Made by a program: the position numbers and the translations under genes
Shown here: positions 1 through 8,784 of the stretch, one piece after another
How positions within the stretch are numbered: position 1 is the stretch's first letter
Layout of the letters: each line of letters begins with the position of its first letter
Origin: Vulcanimicrobiales bacterium
Lineage (GTDB): Bacteria; Vulcanimicrobiota; Vulcanimicrobiia; Vulcanimicrobiales; Vulcanimicrobiaceae
Length of the DNA stretch: 64,000 nt
Direction: 5' to 3'
Assembly (NCBI GenBank): GCA_038231455.1
Contig: JBBRLI010000001.1
Span: forward strand, 256,001 to 320,000
The notes under the pieces: model-generated
Database searches by the model: none
The model's input: only the letters and a program-made list of their open reading frames with translations
Told to the model about the DNA's origin: nothing

Positions 1-230
1 ACCATCGAACGCCCGGCCGGAGCCGACGCGCTGGGGGCTGACGCGGCGGGCATCTCCATCCCCGGCATCGCTGCGGCGGACGGAATGGGAGACGGGGAGG
101 GACTCGGCGAGGGTTTCATCTGCTTCATCTGGGCCGGCGTCATGCCGGGCATAGTCTGAGCATTTGCCTGCGCAAACATGCTAAGTGAAGCAACGAGAGC
201 AACGGCGAGAATTGAAGCAGATCGGCTCAT
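1..230 (-). CDS. Secreted Met-rich protein, 5' part only (runs off window start); possibly copper-related
   Basis: My translation from ATG at 230: MSRSASILAVALVASLSMFAQANAQTMPGMTPAQMKQMKPSPSPSP...MPGMEMP; signal peptide, MPGM repeats, AAGGA RBS upstream. Confidence 0.6.
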   Translation of the reverse strand, partial: MSRSASILAVALVASLSMFAQANAQTMPGMTPAQMKQMKPSPSPSPSPIPSAAAMPGMEMPAASAPSASAPAGRSM

Positions 231-247
231 AATTCCTTACGTAGATA

Positions 248-289
248 TACGACGAATGGTAGTAGATCATTATTCTACTCGACGTAGTA
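248..289. promoter_or_regulatory. Tandem palindromic operators TACGAC-N5-GTAGTA and TTCTAC-N5-GTAGTA (BlaI/MecI/CopY-like), overlapping a minus-strand TAGAAT -10
   Basis: Sites at 248-264 and 273-289 in an AT-rich intergenic stretch directly upstream of the Met-rich gene. Confidence 0.55.
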
Positions 290-332
290 TATCCTGCGAG
301 ACGTCTTCGGAAGATCCGACGGCTGCTACGTT

Positions 333-764
333 CTAATCGTTGGCAACGATAGGTGCTGTCCCGTCGCGATCCGACTTTGGGAAGTGTCGTGCGAGTTCGC
401 GGCCGATCTCCTGGATGGCGTGCACGACGCCGTCAGTGGGATCTCCGGCGGCGAGCCGCTCGCGTAGGGCCGCCGCGTTGGCGTCCCATGTCGCCTGGCC
501 CAACGCGAGGTGCGCCCCGTCGTCGCCGGCGATGACGAACTCGCGTCGCGAGGGAACGATGAAGAAAAGAACGCCGTTCCGCCGTGGCGAGCGCGTGAGG
601 CCCCGCCCATGGAACGCGCGTTGAGCCGTGCGCTGGACGTTGCCCCAAAAATGTGGGGCGACGAAGACACCGATCGGTGCGTCTGTCGATTGTTCCGCAT
701 CGACGATCGCCGCGCGAACGCGCGCTTCATCGAGGAACCGATGATGGCGTGGTTTTATCACCAT
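333..764 (-). CDS. TPM (DUF477) domain protein, short form
   Basis: AE..T.API.V, TxxRNGVLFFI...R.F.IAGD.G motifs; third gene of the typical lemA-TPM-TPM cluster. Confidence 0.8.
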   Translation of the reverse strand: MVIKPRHHRFLDEARVRAAIVDAEQSTDAPIGVFVAPHFWGNVQRTAQRAFHGRGLTRSPRRNGVLFFIVPSRREFVIAGDDGAHLALGQATWDANAAALRERLAAGDPTDGVVHAIQEIGRELARHFPKSDRDGTAPIVAND

Positions 765-1516
765 CTGCCGCTCGCGCCGCCGCCGCCGGAACGTCCGCCG
801 CCGCCCGAGAATCCCTCACCACCGCCCATCATCGATCCGCCACCCCCGCGACCCATGATGGTGAAGAGCATAAACAGAGCAGTCGACGGGCTTTTGATAG
901 CGACCAAAATGAACGCCAATATTCCCAGACCGATCAAGATAAGCGTCAACGGACTAAGAGGCGTCGGTGCGGATGAGCCGTCATTTTGAATCGGCGCGTC
1001 GCCCGACTGATTTTGCTTCGGCCCGGCATTCGTGCCAATCGCGGCCAACATGCGGTCGACTCCCGATACGACTGCGACATCCGGTCGACCAGAGCGCATC
1101 TCGGGGACAATCGTCTCGCGAATGATGCGCGACGAGATCACATCCGGCAAAGCGGATTCTAGGCCGTACCCGACTTCAATTCGCACGGTACGATCGCGCG
1201 GAAAAATAAAGAGCGCTGCCCCATCGTCGAGGCCCTTTCGACCGACCTTCCAGGCTCCGAAAGCTCGAACCGTCCAGTCTTCGATCGGCGCCCCGGCAGT
1301 TGAAGGCGCAACGTAGACGAGCACCTGGTGGCCGCTCCGTTTTTCGTATGCATTTAGCCGGGCGTTTTGGACGGCGATCGTCCGCGGCGCCAAAAAGTTC
1401 GCGGTATCCGTGACCCACTGCGTCGGCGCAGGCGGAATGGCCACCTTAGCACCGGCGGAAACACACATGACCGCGCCGAGTGCGATGATACGCAGGAGAC
1501 CGCCCGAAGCCGTCAT
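758..1516 (-). CDS. TPM domain membrane protein (YgcG-like)
   Basis: VTDTANFL, WKVGRKGLDDG, RIEVGYGLE motifs, TM helix, Gly-rich GGGGRSGGGGASGRW tail. Confidence 0.9.
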   Translation of the reverse strand: MTASGGLLRIIALGAVMCVSAGAKVAIPPAPTQWVTDTANFLAPRTIAVQNARLNAYEKRSGHQVLVYVAPSTAGAPIEDWTVRAFGAWKVGRKGLDDGAALFIFPRDRTVRIEVGYGLESALPDVISSRIIRETIVPEMRSGRPDVAVVSGVDRMLAAIGTNAGPKQNQSGDAPIQNDGSSAPTPLSPLTLILIGLGILAFILVAIKSPSTALFMLFTIMGRGGGGSMMGGGEGFSGGGGRSGGGGASGRW

Positions 1517-1520
1517 CGAA

Positions 1521-1907
1521 TTACAGTTTTACTTGCGGAACGACAGCCGATCCGGGTGCGGACTTAAAGTACGACTTCTCGACAAATCGGGAGCCAAAAA
1601 ATCCTGCGATAAGCACCGTCGGAAAAGAGTCGCGCGTCGTGTTGAAGGTCTGAGCGGCCTCGTTGAAGCGCATGCGCTCGACAGCGATGCGATTCTCCGT
1701 ACCTTCCAGTTGTGCTTGGAGGTCGGCGAAATTTTGACTCGCCTTGAGGTCGGGATACGATTCGGACACGGCCAAGAGTCGAGACAGAGCCGACGATAGG
1801 CCCGCTTGCGCGCTGGAGAATTTGGCGAAGGCAGCCGGGTCATTCGGAACTCCCGAACCGGCTTGAACCTGTCCGACTTTCGCTCGCGCTTCGGCCACGG
1901 CAACGTA
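1521..1907 (-). pseudogene. lemA: LemA family gene, 5'-truncated remnant
   Basis: LSRLLAVSESYPDLKASQNF..LQAQLEGTENRIAVERMRFN is LemA; the N-terminal TM and QRRADLIPNLV region are absent upstream of YVAVAEARAK. Confidence 0.75.
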
Positions 1908-2202
1908 GCGGATCCTCGAGAATGCCGCCGTCGACGCGTTGCCAGGTGCCGTCGTCGTCCGCCGCGAGCGCCAGTAACGTACGCCCGAGTTCCATCGCCT
2001 CCACACTCGCAGAGCGAACGTGCCAACGAGAATCGCACGTAATCTCGTACCGCAAGCGAATCGGCTGGCCGTCGCGTATCCCAACGATTGCCCCATCGGC
2101 CGATGCGCCGCTTTCGCTTGCACGCATGCGAGCGTGCTCGAATGTCGTGCCGTCGGGAGATGCATAGACGAGGGTCCGCTCCCGCGCCGCAATCGGCGTC
2201 AT
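1908..2202 (-). pseudogene. Putative glycolipid-binding (DUF1089-like) gene, 3'-truncated
   Basis: ATG 2202 overlaps the ndh stop; EHARM...ADGAIVG.RDGQP.RLRYEITCDSRWHVR...DDGTW resembles the family N-terminus, then the frame runs into out-of-frame lemA and stops at 1840. Confidence 0.55.
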
Positions 2203-3542
2203 CAGACCGTCTCCACCGGAGCGATCGGCGTAACGGGATGCGCGGGCATGCCGGCATCTTGATTCGCCATAACGTGCGAGCGTTCGGTAAACACGCGCAG
2301 TTCGGCGATGTCGCGCGAGAAAAACAACCCGAGCGTCCAGTCGAACGCGACGCGGAGTTTGCGATCGAGGCCGGGCAGGCGCGCAAGATAGTACGAACGC
2401 CACAGAAGCCACGCAAGGAATCCGGTCAGGATGAAGCCGCCGGGGAATGCAGCGACACCGCGGCGTGCGCCGAGTGAGGCCATCGTACCGAGCGCCGTAA
2501 AGACGAACGGTTTTGTCGGTTCGCCGCGTAGCGCTGCAACGATGTTATCGCCCAGCACCGGACCTTCTCGAATGGCGTGCTGTGCCGTCGGCGGATACCA
2601 CTTCTCGGGTTCGCCCGTCGGAATCCACGCGCAATCGCCGAGCGCCCAAACATTTTTATAGCCGGTGAGAGACATGTCGCGTTCGACGAAGAGCCCGCCA
2701 TTGCGCGCGTGCTCGCAGGGCAATGTTTTCAGGATCGGCGCGGGCCGCACGCCGGCACTCCAAACGCACGTCGCCGTTGGGATGGATTTGCCGCTCGCGA
2801 GGACGATCGCGTCTTCGCCCAGGGAGGCGACGCCATCACCCATGATGATCTCGATGTCCCGCTCCGCCAGATTTGTCGCAATATACTTACCCATTCCCGG
2901 CGCAAGATCGGGTAAGAGCGCTTTGCCGCCCTCGACCAAGATAATGCGGATGTCGCGCGGTTGGATCGACTTGTAGAAGCGCGTGATACTGCGAAAGAAA
3001 TCGTGCAATTCGCCCGTGGCCTCGCAGCCCGTATATCCGCCGCCGACGATCACGTAGGTGAGCAGGCGTTCGCGCACCGCCGGATTGCGTTCGATGTCGG
3101 CAAGTTCGAGCGTCGCGATGATGCGGTTGCGCAGAACTTCGGCATCCTCGAGCGTTTTAAGCGGGAGCGAACGCTCCGCGACGCCGGGCAGATTGAATGT
3201 TGAGGTGACGCTGCCCAGCGCGAGGACGAGGTGATCGTAGGTCAGATCGATCTTCGATCCGTTAATCGTATGTTGCACGCCAACGTGTTTTGAATCAAGA
3301 TCGATCGCGATCACTTCGCCCAGAACGAAGTTCGTGCGCCGCAATTGCGCGCGCACCGGCGTTACCACGTGACGCTGCTCGATACCGCCCGAACTCACTT
3401 CGGGGAGCATCGGCGTGAAGAGCGTGAAGTTATCACGACTGACAAGCGTAATGGTCGCCTCATCGGTACGCAGGCGGCGTTCCAATCGCATCGCGGTGTT
3501 GATCCCGGCAAAACCGCCGCCTAAGATCAGAATATTCTGCAT
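2202..3542 (-). CDS. ndh: Type II NADH dehydrogenase family FAD oxidoreductase
   Basis: GGGFAG, FTPMLPEV, VGGGYTGCE, ALGDCA, PPTAQHA, GFLAWLLWR motifs. Confidence 0.9.
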   Translation of the reverse strand: MQNILILGGGFAGINTAMRLERRLRTDEATITLVSRDNFTLFTPMLPEVSSGGIEQRHVVTPVRAQLRRTNFVLGEVIAIDLDSKHVGVQHTINGSKIDLTYDHLVLALGSVTSTFNLPGVAERSLPLKTLEDAEVLRNRIIATLELADIERNPAVRERLLTYVIVGGGYTGCEATGELHDFFRSITRFYKSIQPRDIRIILVEGGKALLPDLAPGMGKYIATNLAERDIEIIMGDGVASLGEDAIVLASGKSIPTATCVWSAGVRPAPILKTLPCEHARNGGLFVERDMSLTGYKNVWALGDCAWIPTGEPEKWYPPTAQHAIREGPVLGDNIVAALRGEPTKPFVFTALGTMASLGARRGVAAFPGGFILTGFLAWLLWRSYYLARLPGLDRKLRVAFDWTLGLFFSRDIAELRVFTERSHVMANQDAGMPAHPVTPIAPVETV

Positions 3543-3549
3543 ACGACCT

Positions 3550-3678
3550 TCAGTGGGGAACGCCGGTCCACGGATGGACCCACGGGTGAGCGACCATAAT
3601 AATAACGACGAGGGAGACGATCGCGAGGACCGCCCAGAGCGCCGTGCGGATCGCCACGGCCGTTCGATCGGGAGACAT
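3550..3678 (-). CDS. Small single-TM membrane protein (42 aa), not in ORF track
   Basis: MSPDRTAVAIRTALWAVLAIVSLVVIIMVAHPWVHPWTGVPH*; GAGAG upstream; ends 7 nt before the ndh start. Confidence 0.5.
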   Translation of the reverse strand: MSPDRTAVAIRTALWAVLAIVSLVVIIMVAHPWVHPWTGVPH

Positions 3679-3788
3679 ACACTCTCAATGTTTCGTATGC
3701 ATCCGTGATCTCCGTCAACCGAGCGGAGGCGGAAACGGATGCCATCACTCGTTCACATTCGAGCAAACCGGATTCATCTTCGCGTCGA

Positions 3789-4346
3789 TCATGTGCTTGC
3801 GCCGATGCGGGCACGTAAGAGATCGCCCACACGTGTCGCGTCGGCCGGACATAGTGGACTTGGGCCCGCTTCAAGACGCGCGATGTCCCAGCGCACCTCG
3901 TCGTCGACAGCACCGAAATAACCGTCTTCAACCGCCGCCTCCGCGTGCGTGCGGATCGCGTCGAGCGGGATGCCGTAGCGCTTGGCAAGGCGGGCGGCAA
4001 GCGTACACAGTCCGCCGACAAGTTCGTCGGTCAGCGGGAAAGCCCCGAAGTCGTGGGGCGTTGCATCGCGCATCGCGGCAATCGAGAGGCCAATGGAGAA
4101 CGAGTTGCGACCTCGCGTGTGAGCGGCATAGGGCCGATTTGGCTCCAAACGGACCTCACGCATGTTCTCGCGCAGATCGTGCGTTTGGTGGACGACGATC
4201 TCCCGTGGACCCGTAACAACGAAATGATAGGCCGGGTAGACCGTTTCGTAGTCTCCACCCGTCCAATGCAGCGAAATCGAGCGAAGATCGCCATCGGGAA
4301 GCGTGTCGGGGCGATAGTCGCGAAGGAGAGTCGGCGGATGGAGCAT
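3789..4346 (-). CDS. N-acetylmuramoyl-L-alanine amidase (Amidase_2-like); start uncertain
   Basis: ISLHWT, YHFVV, AHTRGRNSFSIG, RYGIP...IRTHAE motifs. Confidence 0.75.
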   Translation of the reverse strand: MLHPPTLLRDYRPDTLPDGDLRSISLHWTGGDYETVYPAYHFVVTGPREIVVHQTHDLRENMREVRLEPNRPYAAHTRGRNSFSIGLSIAAMRDATPHDFGAFPLTDELVGGLCTLAARLAKRYGIPLDAIRTHAEAAVEDGYFGAVDDEVRWDIARLEAGPSPLCPADATRVGDLLRARIGAST

Positions 4347-5195
4347 CAGAAAACGCAACCTGAAATCGCCGAGGGCGAGTACCTTGCCCCGACGGCTCCC
4401 GCGCCGGCGCCCGGCGGAGCGTGGAAAAAAGCGGGCGGGGCGGCGGTCGGGATCGGTCTGCTCTTCGCGAAATTCAAATTTCTGCTCCTCGGCCTGCTGA
4501 ATATCAAGTGGATTTTTCTGATCCTCAAATTCGGCTTGAGCTTCGGTTCGATTTTTGTCTCGATTCTTGCCTATGCCGTGTTTTTCGGTTGGAAGCTCGG
4601 CGTGGTCTTCGTGCTGCTCATGCTCATGCACGAGATCGGCCATATCGTCGCCATGCGAGCCTACGGTCTGCGCGCATCGCTCCCGTACTTCATCCCGGGA
4701 TTCGGAGCCTTCGTCACGCAGCAAAGCGCATCTCCCGGCCGATTGGCCGACGCGGTCATCGCACTTGGTGGACCGATTATCGGCAGCCTCGCAGCAGGCG
4801 TCTGCTACATCTACGGAGCCGCGACGAACGAACCGTTTTGGATCGCAGCGGCACACCTCGGTTTACTGCTCAACCTCTTCCAACTGATCCCCGTCTTACC
4901 GCTCGATGGCGGACGCGCTGCGGGCGCGATCTCGCCGCGCTTCTTTCTTTTCGGCCTGGTCTTGCTCGCCACATATGTCGTTGCGACTCGCTCGTTCCAG
5001 CCGATCATGCTTCTCCTCTTGCTGGTGGTTGCGATGACGTCGATTCCGCGCGCAATCCGCGCGTGGAAGGGGCAACCCGATCCCGATACGCGTCCGATCG
5101 GGCCGGCCGAACGCGGCACGATCATGCTGCTCTACTTCGGCGCGATCGGACTCATCGGCATCGCCGCCGTCGCGAGCAATATCCACGTTGGCTAG
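4338..5195 (+). CDS. Site-2 protease, peptidase M50 family
   Basis: HEIGH zinc motif, ALGGP, LIPVLPLDGGR; AAGGAG RBS before ATG 4338. Confidence 0.9.
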   Translation: MEHQKTQPEIAEGEYLAPTAPAPAPGGAWKKAGGAAVGIGLLFAKFKFLLLGLLNIKWIFLILKFGLSFGSIFVSILAYAVFFGWKLGVVFVLLMLMHEIGHIVAMRAYGLRASLPYFIPGFGAFVTQQSASPGRLADAVIALGGPIIGSLAAGVCYIYGAATNEPFWIAAAHLGLLLNLFQLIPVLPLDGGRAAGAISPRFFLFGLVLLATYVVATRSFQPIMLLLLLVVAMTSIPRAIRAWKGQPDPDTRPIGPAERGTIMLLYFGAIGLIGIAAVASNIHVG

Positions 5196-5754
5196 CGACG
5201 AGAAACAAGACGCGCCCGACTTTGCCATGCTACGCGCCGTCGAAGTTCTGGCATCAATCGCCAATAAGGCGCGCACGACGCCCGGTGTGCCGCCGCCGCC
5301 GATCGACCGACCGGTGGTGCTTTTCAACGAAACGCAAGCCTTTAGCATCGGCACGACCACCAAACGCGAAGTGGAACGTTCGCTCGGTACCGGATTCTCG
5401 TATCCGGCAAAAGGCTGGCACACGTACTCCGTCCGCGGACCGCAGAGCGAACGCTGGCTCATCAGTCTTTTTTATAAAGACGACAAAGTCGTTGGCATCG
5501 AGCACTACGTTCCCAAGAGCGACGGTGCGCCGAACCTTCAGCCGCGCAACATCGGTGGGTTTCGCCTCATCCCCGGTGAGGTTGGCTTAGGCACGCCGTT
5601 CGCCGCGCTCGATGCGCGCTACGTGCCGGCCGTCGGCGGTCCGGGCACGGTCGTGTATGACACCTCCTACGAGATCCGTTTCCCCGGCGGCCTTGCCTAC
5701 GTGATGGGAAATTCCGGCACGATCGAACGCCTGGTCATTTACGCTGCGCCGTAA
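5188..5754 (+). CDS. Hypothetical protein
   Basis: 188-aa ORF overlapping the M50 stop, normal codon style. Confidence 0.65.
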   Translation: MASDEKQDAPDFAMLRAVEVLASIANKARTTPGVPPPPIDRPVVLFNETQAFSIGTTTKREVERSLGTGFSYPAKGWHTYSVRGPQSERWLISLFYKDDKVVGIEHYVPKSDGAPNLQPRNIGGFRLIPGEVGLGTPFAALDARYVPAVGGPGTVVYDTSYEIRFPGGLAYVMGNSGTIERLVIYAAP

Positions 5755-5833
5755 CCTCGCGCTGGCGGGCGCGATCGTCTCGCTGCTACTGGCTTTTTTT
5801 GCGTTCCGTCCACCTCCGACGACCGGCCCGTTC

Positions 5834-7156
5834 ATGCGCGACTTCGAAGCGTACTATGCGGCGGGTGCGACCTGGAATGCCGGCGGCGATCCCTATGCGC
5901 GCGACATCTGGCAAGTCGAACGGACGATCCCGGGCGTCGTCGCAACGCGCGATGAACTCTTGCCGTTTGTCGGACCGGCAGCGTATCGACCTCTCTGGTC
6001 GCTACTTGCACGTGCACCGTATGTCGTGGCGATGCGCATCTGGGGCGCGATTTTGATCGCGTCTCTCGTCGTACTGGCGATCGGGTCACTCGCGCTTGCC
6101 GAATCTCCGCTCGACGTGCGCACCGTCTTTACCGCACTGTTGTTGGCGTTTTCAAGCGGTCCGATCATCAGCGACATCGCGCTCGGACAAGTGGCGCTCC
6201 TCGCCGCAGGTGCCGTCGTTGGCGCACTCGTTGCCTTACGGGCGAGTTGGTGGTTTGGGGGGACGGCGGCGATCGCGCTCGCCGCGATTCAGCCGAACAT
6301 CGCACTCGTGTTGCTCGCCCGCATGCGCGACCGCCGTGCCATCACCAGCGCAGCGATTGCGTTTGCGGTTTTCCTCACGGCAACGCTGGTACTCGGCGGC
6401 GGCCCGGCAGGTTCGATCGCGTACGCGCAAATGCTGTCCGCGCATGCCCAGGCGGAACGTGTCATCACGATCCAACACACGATCACCGCAATCGCTTACG
6501 GATTCGGGCTGCACCGCTCGACAGCCGGGATTATTGGATCCGCGATTGCACTTGCAACGCTCATCGGAGCGGTCGTTACGATCAGGCGTCGACACCTCGA
6601 CCCGATCGCTGCGACCGCATTCGCGTGCGCCGCGCTGCCGCTTGCGATACCGTTTTTTCACGAGCACGACTTCGTCATCGAACTTTTTCCCGCAATCGTC
6701 CTTGCCGGACGCGCCCGCGGCATGGCCCTCAACTTGGCAGCAATCGGCACACTGCTTGTCACGACCGACTGGCTGGGGCTCTCGCAGCGCGCGAACGGTC
6801 AGTGGCAGCTCGTCGCATTTTTGATCGCAGTCGGCCTAGCGTTCGTCGCACTCTCGGGAGAAGCGCGTCATCGCATGACGTTCGTCCCGGCAATCGGGGG
6901 CGCCATGCTCATTTTAGCGCTCGCACCGTTCGCACAACACCACATCGCGCCGACGTGGCCAGACTTCCTCACCGAACACTGGCACGCTCCGGTCGGATGG
7001 ACGGTTGCCGACGTCTGGCATGCCGAACAAGTTGCAAGCGGCCTCGAAGTGCGCGAGGCCGCCTGGTCGATATTACGCGTTTTCCCGCTTTTGGGCTGCG
7101 CGTTCTTGGGAGCGGCAATCGCGCTCGATGCTCGCCGAAGCGATGTTCGGCTTTAA
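5834..7156 (+). CDS. GT87/DUF2029-like polytopic membrane glycosyltransferase (frame open upstream to about 5744)
   Basis: RDFEAYYAAG...GDPY, PF..P, ALGQVALL, PFFHEHD, many TM helices. Confidence 0.7.
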   Translation: MRDFEAYYAAGATWNAGGDPYARDIWQVERTIPGVVATRDELLPFVGPAAYRPLWSLLARAPYVVAMRIWGAILIASLVVLAIGSLALAESPLDVRTVFTALLLAFSSGPIISDIALGQVALLAAGAVVGALVALRASWWFGGTAAIALAAIQPNIALVLLARMRDRRAITSAAIAFAVFLTATLVLGGGPAGSIAYAQMLSAHAQAERVITIQHTITAIAYGFGLHRSTAGIIGSAIALATLIGAVVTIRRRHLDPIAATAFACAALPLAIPFFHEHDFVIELFPAIVLAGRARGMALNLAAIGTLLVTTDWLGLSQRANGQWQLVAFLIAVGLAFVALSGEARHRMTFVPAIGGAMLILALAPFAQHHIAPTWPDFLTEHWHAPVGWTVADVWHAEQVASGLEVREAAWSILRVFPLLGCAFLGAAIALDARRSDVRL

Positions 7157-8784
7157 ATATCCGCGTCAGCGATGTCGTCAAACTTGCTGACGGAGTTGGG
7201 CGCAAAACCGGTAAGGTCCGAATTATACCCAATGATATCGCTGCGAATGCCGATGGTTAAAACCGGATCGTCATGGCCAAGAATCTCCATCACTTTATCG
7301 ATATCTGCTTGACGTCCGGCGTAGCTATAGTGTGTCTTCCAGTCTTCTAAGAGCCGGTCCACTTCTTTATTGCAATATCCGGAGTAATTCTGTCCGTTGG
7401 GCGGTTTGACGCCGCATTCGTAGAGAAACGTTACATCGCCAAGCGGGTCTCCGCCAAACGCATAGTTGGCGACATCGAACTTGCCGTTGTTGAGTATCCC
7501 CCCTTCAGACTTCGCTCCGAATAGCTGCGCGGAAAGGAATCGTTGCACGTTGATCTTCACGCCGATGTTCTGCCAGCCCACACGAATAAGTTCGATCTGC
7601 TGATCCGTATCCGGCGTGCCGGTCGAGGAGACAAACCGGAATTCCAAACGCTTCCCGTTTTTCTCTCGCACGCCATCTGCGCCGCGTTTCCAGCCGGATG
7701 CATCCAAGAGCGCATTTGCCTTCGCGGGATCGTATGGCGTTGTCACTACGCGTTTTGGGAACGCCGGATTGATCGGCGAAATGACGGGATCTTGCACGGT
7801 GCTCATACCGAGGCGAATCTTATCGTTGATTGACTTACGATCGAGTCCATACAAGAGCGCTCGACGCACGTCAACTTCATCGAGTCCCGGCGTAGAAAGG
7901 TTGAGATCGATGTGATCGTACGTGAGGCCGGCCTGCTTCACCATCGTCACGCCGGGTAGGCCTTTGAGCCGGCCGTAGTACTGCGCCGAAATCGGCGTCC
8001 ACAAATCGATTTCGTGCGTTTGTAACTGCGTTGCCGTCGTATTGCGGTCCGGGATGATCTTCATGATCACACGCTGCAGCTTCGGTTTCTTCCCGAAATA
8101 GAGCGGATCGGCAACGAGCGTCACGTGATCGCCGCGTTTCCATTCCTGGAATTTAAAGGGGCCGATACCGACGGGCAACTGGTTGTAGGCGACGTTGTTG
8201 ATGTTGGGCTCTTTACCGAGAATGTGCTTGGGCAAGAGACACGGGTTCGCGCCGGCCGTTCCGAAAAAAATCGTCGAGAAGGCCGCATACGGCCGTTTCA
8301 AATGGACGACAACGGTATACTTGTCCGGCGTCTCGATCTTCGTAATCTGATCGAAGCCGTCGCGGCTCACTTCATTGTTCGCCGGATTGAGCACCGTCTT
8401 AAATGAGAATTCGACGTCCTCGGAAGTAAACGGCTCACCGTCCGACCACTTTGCATTCTTCACCAAATGATAGGTGATTGCCAAGCCGTCTTTGCTGATG
8501 CCGCCGTTCTCTTCGCTTGGAACGACCGCCGCAAGCTCCGGGCGCGGAAGATTATGTTTATCGAACTTCAAGAGATACGCCATCGTCATCTCATCGAGGT
8601 AACCCGAAACGAGCTGCGTCTCCAGGTGCGGATTGAGGCCCGCGATCTCTTCCGATGTCGCTAAGCGCAGCACGTGCGGTATCGTGTACGCGTGGCGAGC
8701 AGGCTCCGCTCCGGTCGAACCGGCTGCGCCAAGTGCGAGTGTTGCAGTGAGGGCGAGCGCCGCGAGGCGCGTTGTCGTACGCAT
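7153..8784 (-). CDS. Family-5 (peptide/nickel) ABC solute-binding protein
   Basis: ENGGISKDGL.ITYHL...KWSDGEPFTSEDV, PVGIGPFKF, DVRRAL; signal peptide; ATG overlaps the upstream TAA. Confidence 0.9.
   Translation of the reverse strand: MRTTTRLAALALTATLALGAAGSTGAEPARHAYTIPHVLRLATSEEIAGLNPHLETQLVSGYLDEMTMAYLLKFDKHNLPRPELAAVVPSEENGGISKDGLAITYHLVKNAKWSDGEPFTSEDVEFSFKTVLNPANNEVSRDGFDQITKIETPDKYTVVVHLKRPYAAFSTIFFGTAGANPCLLPKHILGKEPNINNVAYNQLPVGIGPFKFQEWKRGDHVTLVADPLYFGKKPKLQRVIMKIIPDRNTTATQLQTHEIDLWTPISAQYYGRLKGLPGVTMVKQAGLTYDHIDLNLSTPGLDEVDVRRALLYGLDRKSINDKIRLGMSTVQDPVISPINPAFPKRVVTTPYDPAKANALLDASGWKRGADGVREKNGKRLEFRFVSSTGTPDTDQQIELIRVGWQNIGVKINVQRFLSAQLFGAKSEGGILNNGKFDVANYAFGGDPLGDVTFLYECGVKPPNGQNYSGYCNKEVDRLLEDWKTHYSYAGRQADIDKVMEILGHDDPVLTIGIRSDIIGYNSDLTGFAPNSVSKFDDIADADI

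Noticed and set aside
3789-4856. 355-aa and 416-aa long versions of the amidase and M50 ORFs
   Set aside because: The extensions are antisense read-through of the opposite gene; motifs begin only near 4340
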